From the NCBI RefSeq assembly GCF_006345805.1, contig NC_043008.1:64790001-64854000 (forward strand): a stretch of DNA of 64,000 bases, written 5' to 3'. Of the stretch, positions 53,564 through 64,000 are shown piece after piece. This stretch comes from Octopus sinensis. Its lineage: Eukaryota. Each line of letters opens with the position of its first letter. The stretch's first letter is position 1. Position numbers and translations under genes: made by a program. The notes beneath the pieces are model-generated. The model was given only the letters and a program-made list of their open reading frames with translations, was not told where the DNA came from and searched no databases.

Positions 53564-53606
53564 AATACGACTGATGAACAAAATGTGACGAAACCGGTTT
53601 GGTATT
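53564..53606 (+). ncRNA. Minimal type I hammerhead candidate with palindromic stem III
   Basis: AAUACGA-CUGAUGA-ACAAAAUGUGAC-GAA-ACCGGU-U-UGGUAUU: stem I 6 of 7 pairs, intact core, ACCGGU palindrome; stem II is weak. Confidence 0.55.
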
Positions 53607-53773
53607 TGAAACAATCCATTACAAAATTTTAATACGACTACACGTTTTGAGATTTAGGCGCATTTTCAAACCTCAAAACAAATTCCCTTATATTTTGTCC
53701 TGCGTGGGAATACGTTTCCTCTCTCCAAACATATATATATATATATATACATGCACACACACACATACACACA

Positions 53774-53889
<116 letters not shown>

Positions 53890-53904
53890 AGGTGTGTATG
53901 TAGT

Positions 53905-55115
53905 TATGTTTACGTGCGGGCATAGATTGACCAATGGCTTCACATCCACAAAGCGCTTAGCTCTTTGTGTAGCTCGTCAGACTCTAACGCCGAAGATAAA
54001 TGTAACTTTTCATCTCTTGCTCGAATTCGTTGCAGTTAGTTGGTCAGTAAGAGACCAAAGAATACATATTCCAGGGTCGGAGAGTACGTGTTATCTCCCT
54101 TAGATCAGATCATCTGGGCCAGTAGAGAGGGAACAGGGAATTTTTCCCTTGGGCTGCTTTTAGTTTATAAGTAGACTTCCGTTTGTAAGTAGCACCACGG
54201 CCGGAGATGACGACAAGGCCGACACCAGCAGCACTAGCAAAGCCACCGGGCCCCCAGGTCCAGTATTATCTACCACAGCACCCACATCGACGACAGTAGC
54301 GCCAATACCACGCCAGGGATGACCTCCACAATGACAACAGCCATAGCGATATCATTGGATCCACGCTTCGCAAATGATAACAGCATCGATAGCAGCTCCA
54401 GCATCACCGGTGGCAACATCATCTCATGGCTTGGAGCCAACTCACGATGCGCCAGTAATGTGAGCACAACCAACAGCAAAGCCTGGAAATATATCGGGTC
54501 AACCGGGGCAGCCTTCAAGCGACGGTGTACAACCACAGGTCCTCTTTCAAGATTCTGGAGAAGACGTTTCGTCATATCACTGGCCAACCACGTATGATAT
54601 TTCAAGGATGAAGGGGCCCCATATGATATCAAGTGTAGGAACTTAGAGGGGCCGGGTCCCTACATTAACGAGAGTGGACGCTGTAAGCTTTGCATAGCTG
54701 AGTGAGCAAGGATACTTAAAGACTCCTTGAAGCCTGGATCACTGAGCATTCATTACGAAAATTATAATTCCTGCATTCATTTCAAGCGCTGCTTAACGGA
54801 AGCATGGGATTCTCAGTTTTCCGATTAGACCCGGAAGGTCCTTACGAATTAAAAACAACTCAGAGGGAAAATTCTCTATTCCTTCTACTTTGGCCCAGAT
54901 GAACTCGTCTAAGGGAGATAACCTGTACTCGCCGATCCAGCTTATTTCTTCTTTGGGGACTTACTGACCAACTGGCCGTAACATATTCCAGCCTCTCAGA
55001 GATAAAGAGTTACATTTGCCTTCTGTTTTAGGATCTGACGAACCGTCCATGGAGCCAAGTCCTAAGTGGATGCGAAACCACTGATCACTATGACCGGGCA
55101 TAGACTTAACTGCAT
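53905..55115 (+). mobile_element. Penelope-like element relic: inverted pLTR, GIY-YIG fragment, pLTR
   Basis: 'STTNSKAWKYIGSTGAAFKRR-YNHRSSF...SLANHV-YFKDEGAPYDIK...PYINESGRCKLCIAE...SCIHFKR'; 53905-54185 is a diverged reverse complement of 54830-55115. Confidence 0.85.
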
Positions 55116-55689
55116 GTAAATATATTACCGCACTCTGCTTTAGAGTGTGCTTCTTTTTCGGATATATTATACATATACGCATACACACACACACACATAC
55201 ACACAAGCACAAACACGCACATATTTAAATACCTATGTAAACATGGGAACAAAAGTACATAATAATTTTCCCCTTTTCAATTCATAGTCAAAGCTTTTTT
55301 GTGCAACGCCGCAGTGATTATAATGGATCAGAATATTCAGGTAATATATTTTATTGATATGAGTGTTATTTTAACTTAATATTTAAACACACGTAACCGA
55401 TTAAAATCCATAAAACATCCCATTATGATGTCTGTGCTAACTTCAATTCGATATTTTGATAGTATAACGTCTCTCATATATACAGTACATATACGTGTAT
55501 ATGGTTGGTTTTATTTTCAGTTAAAATAAAAAGTAATTTGCATTAATGTGATGGGTTACTCTCTAATTTTGTAGAGTACAGATTTATCAACTTTAAACAA
55601 AAAATCCTGTTTAAAAATAATAAATATATTTACATATATATTGGTCTATGCGTATACATATAAATGCATATAGTTCAAATTTATAGAAA

Positions 55690-55860
55690 AACTAAAGACG
55701 AAGACAAGTGTAGGAACAACAAACAAGTATATAAGTTTGACGCTCGGGAAAATAGAAAAGTATTCTACGTTTCGAGCATACGCTCTTCGGTTGAAAGGAA
55801 TAAGAGTAAATAAATAGAGAATGAAAACAAAATGTGTAGAGTTCAGCAGTCCAACAAGGC
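55690..55860 (-). mobile_element. PLE pLTR-like remnant with a decayed hammerhead
   Basis: Minus strand 'accgaagagcgtatgctcgaaacgtag' retains stem II and GAAAC; the CUGA part of the core is mutated. Confidence 0.45.
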
Positions 55861-55954
55861 CAAAATATACATACATATATGCATAATGCATACTTACATG
55901 AATACTACATACATCTATACATAGATTCATGTACGTATTCCAATTTCGGACTAC

Positions 55955-56075
55955 AAAATCTACTTACAAGGCTTTGGTTGGCTAGGAGCTATAGTGGAGG
56001 GCAATTGCTCAAGGTGTCATGCAGTGAGACTGAACCCAGAACCATGTGGATGGAAAGCAAAATTCTTACCACAGT
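55955..56075 (-). mobile_element. SINE family B 5' fragment
   Basis: 'acaaggctttggttggc...tgctcaaggtgtcatgcagtgagactgaacccagaaccatgtgg'. Confidence 0.7.
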
Positions 56076-56972
56076 CATTTACAAGCTGCTCAATTTACGA
56101 AGTAAACAAATAGATCTCATATCACTGAGTGCTCCGTTTGCTAGGAGCAAGTGATGTGTAATTTCTGGATGTTTTCTTTACTAACTCAGTAAAAGAAACT
56201 CAAACAAATAAATATAGTTTGATGGAAAAATAACCTTGAAATAAATTATAATAATCATATAATATTTTATTCTCTAATTGAAAAATGCTACCAAAATATT
56301 TCTGCTGGCTTTATCAAAAATTTTGTAAATATCAGATAAAATTTGACTGATAATAATTCTAATAATTGCAGACTTCTATGAATTTATGGATATCATGTGT
56401 TTAGGAAATAGATAATACAATCGTCCGCTTTATAAATGCATTTGCTTTGATTAAGTCACTTTTCTATTAACCTGAATTACTATAATTACCCGGAATAGTG
56501 CATGTCTATATATTTAATCTAAATATTTCCAAAATTTCTTCAATATAAATCGTTGAATATCATTGAATCACTCAACAAGTGATTACATATGTTCTTTCTT
56601 TATTTTTTGTGTCATTACACGTATGCTGTCACGGCAGAAATATGATGCATAAATTCTGTGTAAATTGTGTTGTTGTCTTCATAACGCTATGTGCTGCAAC
56701 AATAGGTTGAAAATCTTCACCACATACAACGACAGAGAGAACACAACTCGAGTTTCATGCACAAATTTAGGACTTCAGCCACCAATGGTTAAGAAGTTTA
56801 TTTTACAATGAAGATATTTCGGATTCAATCCAAACTCAAAGCATCATCGAGAAATGTATTTTGCATGGCTTATTGTTGCTTTAACGCTTCAGAGTGAAAT
56901 TGGGAAGTAAATAGTATGTATAGTGTGCGTGTGTTTGTGTGTATTTGCATACACACATACACATACATATAT

Positions 56973-57055
<83 letters not shown>

Positions 57056-57500
57056 CGAGCAAAACGCCCCCCGTCCAATGGACGGCGCTGAGTTGTCAAA
57101 CATATAAACCAAATTTTCTCAAAACAACTTGTCCGACCGTCCCATATGCCTCCTCTTTGAGAAACACTGATTTAACCTAAATTTGAGACACTAGCAAAAG
57201 AAGAAATATATATTTTTTTCTATTCCAAAGAAAAACGATTTTATTCACACAAATATGAAACTGAAGAGTTTAAAGTACCAGTAATGATAAGGCTGTTGAC
57301 TGGGAGAGCACAAACATAGGCTAAACAGTAAGCTTGGCAGGAAAGAAACGTGCCTTTCAACAGTATAAAAACAACAAGAATGGAGGGGCAGCTATGTACA
57401 GGTTGACGACAGAAAAGCAAGGCAAAAACGGTTTTATCGATCGCATTCTCACCTGGAATCGATTTTTGTAATTTTCAAGACTTATACACGCCCTGATATC

Positions 57501-57727
57501 GCTGGCAGAAACTTTAGCACGCCGGGCGAAATGCGTAGCCGTATTTCGTCTGCGGTTACGTTCTGAGTTCAAATTCCGCCGAGGTCAACTTTGCCTTTCA
57601 TCCTTTCGGGGTCGATAAACTAAGTACCAGTTACGCACTGGGGACAATGTAATCGACTTAATCCGTTTGTCTGTCCTTGTTTGTCCCCTCTGTGTTTAGT
57701 CCCTTGTGGGTACTAAATAAATAGGTA
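57501..57727 (+). mobile_element. SINE family A
   Basis: ctggcagaaactttagcacgccgggcg...gagttcaaattccgccg...aaataggtat. Confidence 0.88.
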
Positions 57728-58149
57728 TCTACATATCAAATTTGAGTGCAATCGGATGGAGGATACCCGAGATCCGAGAAGACACACAGAGAGACAGAAC
57801 TGATTTTATATAAGATATATATATATATATATGCATGTATGTATTTCGCATTTCAATCACTTAAAACATCTTGTCGATTAAAAATAGAAAAATATATATA
57901 CTCATGTATAGAGTTCTATTTTTCCTGTTTCTTCTACTAAACCTATACACACATGCATGTGCCTTTATGTATACGTAAATATACATGTCTGTGAGTACAT
58001 TTCTATAATATGTATGAATATCATTGTGTGTGTGACATTCTGTCAACCTTTTTTCTTAAATCTATTCTCTGTCTTTTCCGTAAGCCTACTTTTGTTCACC
58101 CAAACACTAATTCATATAACGTACAGTTAATGTCAGTATATGAATATGT

Positions 58150-58435
58150 GCGTGCTTGCGTGTGTGTGTATGTATGTATATATGTGCGTATGTATATATA
58201 CGTGTGTGTTTGTGAATAAAAACTGAAACACGCATAATAGCATATACGCATATACCTTCAAAGATACCACTACAAAAGTAACAACACATACACTCATATG
58301 CTTGCGTGTGTGTATGTATGTGCGTATGTATATATACGTGTGTTTGTGAATAAAAACTGAGACACGCATAATAGCATATACGCATATACCTTCAAAGATA
58401 CAACTACAAAAGTAACAACGCATACACTCGTATGC
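58150..58435. repeat. Tandem duplication, period about 134 bp
   Basis: gaataaaaactga..cacgcataatagcatatacgcatataccttcaaagata at 58214 and 58348. Confidence 0.85.
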
Positions 58436-58909
58436 ACACATAGCCGTACGCTCATACAGACATGAACCTAAAAAAATTCACCTTCTTATATTTGTAACTT
58501 GTGTTTGCTATGCATTTGATAATTTTATTCCTTAGAAATTCGTGTAATATTTCCTTTATTTATTTCGCTATAGTTTTATTTTTACCGTATTTATTTCTAT
58601 TTCTGCCGAATATTTATTCATGTCTTTGCGTGAAATGTGTGCTAGCTGTCATTTCCAGGCTAATTAAATCTCTAAGTTTTCTAAATCGTGTTGAGGACAG
58701 CTTGCTTAGATTTTCGTTGCTTTTTACCGTTTTTCCACCACATTCTTTCTCTTCGTCTCTTTTAATGTCTATTTCTTTCACACTCACATTCATTATTATT
58801 CACTCTATCTCTGTCACACACTCTCATACATAGACTCATGCCTTCTAACCACCTTTCTCTCAAGTTTTCACTCTCATTTCTCTCTTCTGTTTCCCTGTAT
58901 GTATATATG

Positions 58910-58960
<51 letters not shown>

Positions 58961-59055
58961 AATATAAATATAATTATATAAATAAATATATATATATATA
59001 AATATCTAAATATATATATATGTATATATATATATATTGTATATATGTGCGTATA

Positions 59056-59103
<48 letters not shown>

Positions 59104-59337
59104 TAAAGTTGTGTATATATTTTATATAGTATGAAAAAGGAGGTAGTCAGGATTTTGGATAACTATATATTTAATACTTTAATCTAGTTTCAGATTGTCA
59201 TTAGGAATGATATTTTACAGAACATTTATGCCTTTTATGGAGATATGTGAGAGCCAGTTGGAAAAACCTCGAGTTGAACTGGGAAGAGTATGTTGTTTGT
59301 TATTTTAAAGCTATGAGTGTGTGTACGTGTGTGTGTA

Positions 59338-59369
<32 letters not shown>

Positions 59370-59409
59370 AGGATGTGTGAGTGATGAATTTTTGGAGACT
59401 TCGTTAGAG

Positions 59410-59810
59410 AGATGAAAGTGGAAGAAAGAAAGAAAAAAGACAAGAAGGAAGAAAGAAAGAAAAAAGACAGGAAGGAAGAAAGAACGAAAGAAAGAAAAGA
59501 AGACAGGAAGGAAGAAAAGAAGAAATAAAGAAGAAAGGAAGGAAGACAGGAAGAAAGAAAGAAAGAAAGCAAGCAAGAAAGACAGACAGGGTAGAAAACA
59601 GAAAGAAAGAAAGAAAGAAAGTAAGAAAGAGAAAGAAAGAAGAAGAAGAAACAGAAAAAGAAAGAACAAAGAAAGAGAGAGTAAAAGAAGGAATGAATGA
59701 AAGAAAGGAAAGAGAAAGAAAGAAAGAGAAAATAAAGAGAAAAGAAACAACGAGAAAAGAAACAAAGAATAAAAAATGAGAAAAGAAAGAACGAAAGAAA
59801 AAAGAAAGAC
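59410..59810 (+). repeat. About 400-bp (AAAG/AAG)-rich polypurine tract
   Basis: Direct inspection; source of the FLS-rich minus-strand ORFs. Confidence 0.9.
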
Positions 59811-60776
59811 ATGGTATTATCCGACATTGTTGAAATTGTATGCCATGGTCAAGTGTCATTCAACTCAACTTTGTGTGTGTACAGACGGGGAAATGGTACT
59901 CGGTACTCTATGGAGAATTGGTAATATCTGTGGTGCAGTTAGAGCATCTGCTTATCGTCACGAAACCATCAGTAATCCGTTCATATTTTCACGTCCTTCG
60001 TCGCACCCTGCTTCATCATCGACTTTTTATTAGCCATAGGTAGAACTGGATCGTTTTAGATGAATTTAATTACATCATAATTCATGCGGACTGCAGCACA
60101 CAACATAGGCCGAAATATCGTTCTTTTTTCTATGTGATGCGACTTCAATTGTGTTTCTATTGGCCATGTTTTAGACTATAATTGGGAAACCAGGCTCTTG
60201 GTTGCGAAGTAACCACAATGTTTTATAATAAAGGGTTTTCATCATGCGCTAACGGGATTGAAGATACTGTTTATATATTTCTTTGTAGTCTTTGCTGGTA
60301 AATCATTAATAAATTCTTTTGTTTATTTTCTAGTGAAATGAGTCAAGCTCCATTCATCATGCTTTAGGAAAGACAGATTAGTTTCAGCAAGTAGCTAGCT
60401 ACTCGATGATCGATTTCGACAACCGTGAGTATATTGAGTAGGTTGTACAATTCTGCTGCTATTAGTTGTGGACTTTGATACTTTGAGCCAATTTGACTTT
60501 AAAAATACTGCTAAAGTTAAAGTTATATGCATTCATGTTTTTACACTGTTTGGGTACATTCGGGAAAAATAACTTACAAGAAATACAAATTTCGTAGAAA
60601 TATTTTTCGTGACATTTATAAATATGTCTGTAGAGGAGATAACTTTAGGAGTTCGTTATTTCAGCCAAGTTGTCACCGAATCACCTACGTCTAGTGAGAC
60701 ATTTGACGTAGACGCGTTAGTAGGCTTCCTCCATAGATAATACTTTACGCCCTACCTAACCCAAATTATCCCCTAT

Positions 60777-61002
60777 ACCTATTTCTTTATTACCCACAAG
60801 GGGCTAAACACAGAAGGGACAAACAAGGACAGACAAGCAGATTAAGTCGATTATATCGACCCCAGTGCGTAACTGGTACTTAATTTATCGACCCCGAAAG
60901 GATGAAAGTCAAAGTTGATCTCGGCGGAATTTGAACCCAGAACGTAACGGCAGACGAAATACAGCTACGCATTTCGCCCGGCGTGCTAACGGTTCTGCCA
61001 GA
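60777..61002 (-). mobile_element. SINE family A
   Basis: Reverse complement of the 57501 copy. Confidence 0.88.
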
Positions 61003-61357
61003 TCCTCTATACAGTTGATGCCCTTATCTTCTTAGTGAAGTTTGTATACTTTAAAACTTCACTCAAGTGACGACGCTATTAATAAGTTACTATTTCCATC
61101 GGAGGAATTTGTTCATCCAACGGGAATCAAATTTGCCAACGATCTATAACACGATACGTTTCAAGGCGAATGTGGATAAGGTTTTACTTGAAAGGAATAC
61201 TTGGTTGATTAGACGCATATCGCAAGTAAAAGGTTCTTTAAAACATCATGTGATCTTAACTAAAATGGGGTCTTCACTAAATTCAGAATTAGCTCCATTG
61301 AAATATTAATTAAACGACTAAGTAAAATGAGATATTGGTCACGTATATATTACATTG

Positions 61358-61610
61358 TGGAGGCATGTCGCTTAATGGTTAGGGTATCAGCATCATAATC
61401 GTAAGATTGCGGTTTCGATTCCTGGACCGGGCGATGCGTTGTGTTCTTGAGCAAAACACTTCATTTCACGTTGCTCCAGTCCACTCAGCTGGCAAAAATG
61501 AGTAACGCTGCAATGGACTGGCATCCCGTCCAGCGGGGAGCACATACGCCATTGAAACCGAGAAACCGGGCCCATGAGCCTGGCTAGGCTTTAAAAGGGC
61601 GTATTTATTT
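61358..61610 (+). mobile_element. SINE family D
   Basis: gtggaggcatgtcgcttaatggttagg...ggtttcgattcc...tgttcttgagcaaaacacttcatttcacgttgctccagtccactcagctgg. Confidence 0.85.
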
Positions 61611-62199
61611 GTTTTTCTATATATATTACATTATTGTAGCTACGTGAAAAATATTTACCATGCGTAATGTAAACGCGGAATTCTTAGGTAACTTGCCTGC
61701 TGACGTGAATAATATGCAGTTATTTTATAATCTTTGCACAAGAAACACGGTAAATAATTATATGTATGTTCAAAATGTACAAACATGACGTCTTGGTGAC
61801 TTATGTTTAGCCAGGTATGACCTGTCATCATAGAGGTGTCATTCATGGCATGTGCGTCTAAAGCTACATTACCCAATATGCTCTTTAAAACACCATCTCA
61901 AGAGAAATACGTATTCATGTCGAAGCATGAGTAACTAGCTTTTCAATCATGTACATTAATAAATAAATTTACCATATACTATTCTTTCTCTTTCTTCCTG
62001 TCTTTCTCTCTCTCTTTCTTTCTGTCTCTTTAACACACACACACACACACACATAAATATATATATAGTCAAAGAGCGTAGACACACAGACACACACACA
62101 CAAAAGCACAGACATACACACGTATAACTATATGCCATTTGCTCGGGATAAATTTCACGGTTTACATAAAAAGGAATGAAAACAATATTCCAGCCAAAC

Positions 62200-63500
62200 C
62201 TACAGGTATTTAAAAACAAAATTTAAAAATATCAAATAGATTGTTGCTGAAGGATAACAATTTACTCTAAGTAGCTACCCTCAACCTTCATCAAGGCCTC
62301 AAGATGACTCGGACCTTGCTCGTACATTCCTCACTGGGTCTCCGGGAAAATTCTGGAAGATCTTTATCTTGACCACCAGTTCTGCCTTGTGTTGCATGTA
62401 CAGCTATTAGTGTCTTTCTCAGCCACATCCCATAATAGCAATACACGGGATTAAAATCGAGGAAATTGGGGCTGGTGAACTCGTAGAAATACTCTGAGAA
62501 GGCAGGCGAGCTGGCAGAAATGTTAGCGCGCCGGGCGAAATGATTTACGGTATTTCGTCTGCCGTTACGTTTTGAGTACAAATTCCGCCGAGGTCGACTT
62601 TGCCTTTCATCCTTTCGGGGTCGATTAAATAAGTACGAATTACGCACTAGGGTCGATGTAATCGACTTAATCCGTTTGTCTGTCCTTTTTGGTTCTCTCT
62701 GTGTTTAGACCCTTGTGGGTAGTAAAGAAATAGGTATTTCGTGTGTCTTTACGTTGTGAGTTCAAATTCCGCCGATGTAGACTTTGCCTTTCATCCTTTC
62801 GGGGTCGATAAATTAAGTACCAGTTACGCACCGGGGTCGATGTAACCGACTTAATCCCTTTGTCTGTCCTTGTTTGTCCCATCTATGTTTAGCCCCTTGT
62901 GGGCAATAAAGAAATAAGAAATACTCTGAGAAGCACACCTGATTCTTTCCAGAGGAATGGACCAGGTGCTGAATTCTGCTGCCAATTATAAATTCTTGAA
63001 CAGCAACACTCTTTAACCAGACATTGATTATGTTATCCAGCAGCTTCACATAACCATCTGAACTGAGCCTAAGGCACTGTTCAAATATGTTGGTATGAAT
63101 TCCGGCGTGTTGATGCAGTTGGAACGTCTAACATATCCTTTCCTGCCAGTCACAGCTTCGTAATCTTCGTGGCAACTACCCACGTCACGTCGTACCGCCT
63201 TCATACTGTTCGCAAAGAATTGAACGGGGATTATTATGTCGGAATTTCGATACCCAGCACCAATGATCATGATACTGGTAGCTTCTTTCCAATAATCAAA
63301 TGGATTCCAGTCCTCCAAGTCAAATTATTATTCTGAACTACAACGTTTAATCATAATATTCACCAACTTAAAGCTTTTCCTTTAAAAAGGAGACATAAAC
63401 ATGGCCAGACTAAGACCTAACTCCTTGTATAGAATCACAAAGTGTGCATAACATAACATGATAGACAAATGGAGAGTTAGTGGAAACTTAATCTTACAAA
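62200..63500 (-). mobile_element. maT/Tc1-like DNA transposon relic interrupted by a SINE dimer
   Basis: After removing the SINE: 'YVKLLDNIINVWLKSVA..YNWQQNSAPG..GKNQV-FSEYFYEFTSPNF..DFNPV...EKDTNSCTCNT...HLEALMKVEGSYLE*'. TIRs not clearly resolved. Confidence 0.75.
62502..62916 (+). mobile_element. SINE family A dimer (full unit plus 5'-truncated unit) with 17-bp TSD
   Basis: AGAAATACTCTGAGAAG at 62485-62501 and 62917-62933. Confidence 0.93.
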
Positions 63501-63619
63501 GTATTGAGACAGCTACATATGGTTTATAACACATATGCATATCTTAGCATTTGCCTTAATCTCCCTCCCTCTCACTTTCTCTCTCTTTCCTTCTCTCCCC
63601 TTCTCTCTCAAAACACTCA

Positions 63620-63870
<251 letters not shown>

Positions 63871-64000
63871 CAACTGAAAGAGTAAAGGAACGAGAAATTG
63901 AGAGATGCAGAAATATACTTATATTTCTAACAATATATAATGTATTATTCAGTACGCTGTTGGTAACATTTATTATGTACATTAATTTAAAATTGTTCTA

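Noticed and set aside
59885-60039. Plus-strand exon candidate (TGKWYSVLYGEL..., lipocalin-like GxWY)
   Set aside because: Weak acceptor, several possible donors and frames, and no recognisable protein; such candidates arise by chance on both strands.

Overview
AT-rich, repeat-saturated eukaryotic DNA with no confidently identifiable host gene. The tRNA-derived SINE families and the heavy (TA)n/(CA)n/(TATG)n load resemble Octopus genomes; this assignment comes from recalled repeat sequences, not a database search. Almost all long ORFs in the track are microsatellite artefacts. Recognisable content: a near full-length CR1/L2-group LINE (about 48.0-52.0 kb, +) whose ORF2 is broken only by small indels and which sits behind a structured AT-rich tandem array; a decayed RTE LINE (13.3-16.2 kb); two mariner elements and two maT/Tc1-like remnants; a Gypsy RNase H relic; several Penelope-like (PLE) relics with inverted terminal arms and hammerhead-ribozyme motifs; about 20 SINE copies from four families; a TIR element carrying telomere-like repeats; and several fold-back structures. 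Most notable: (i) hammerhead candidates at 44117-44167 (-) and 53564-53606 (+); (ii) two SINE dimers, each flanked by target-site duplications, sharing one microhomology junction; (iii) a 3' stem-loop shared by the LINE and a SINE family with compensatory changes; (iv) a 300-bp unit present both inverted and in tandem; (v) a pre-miRNA-sized hairpin. Repeat boundaries are hand estimates unless exact motifs are quoted.
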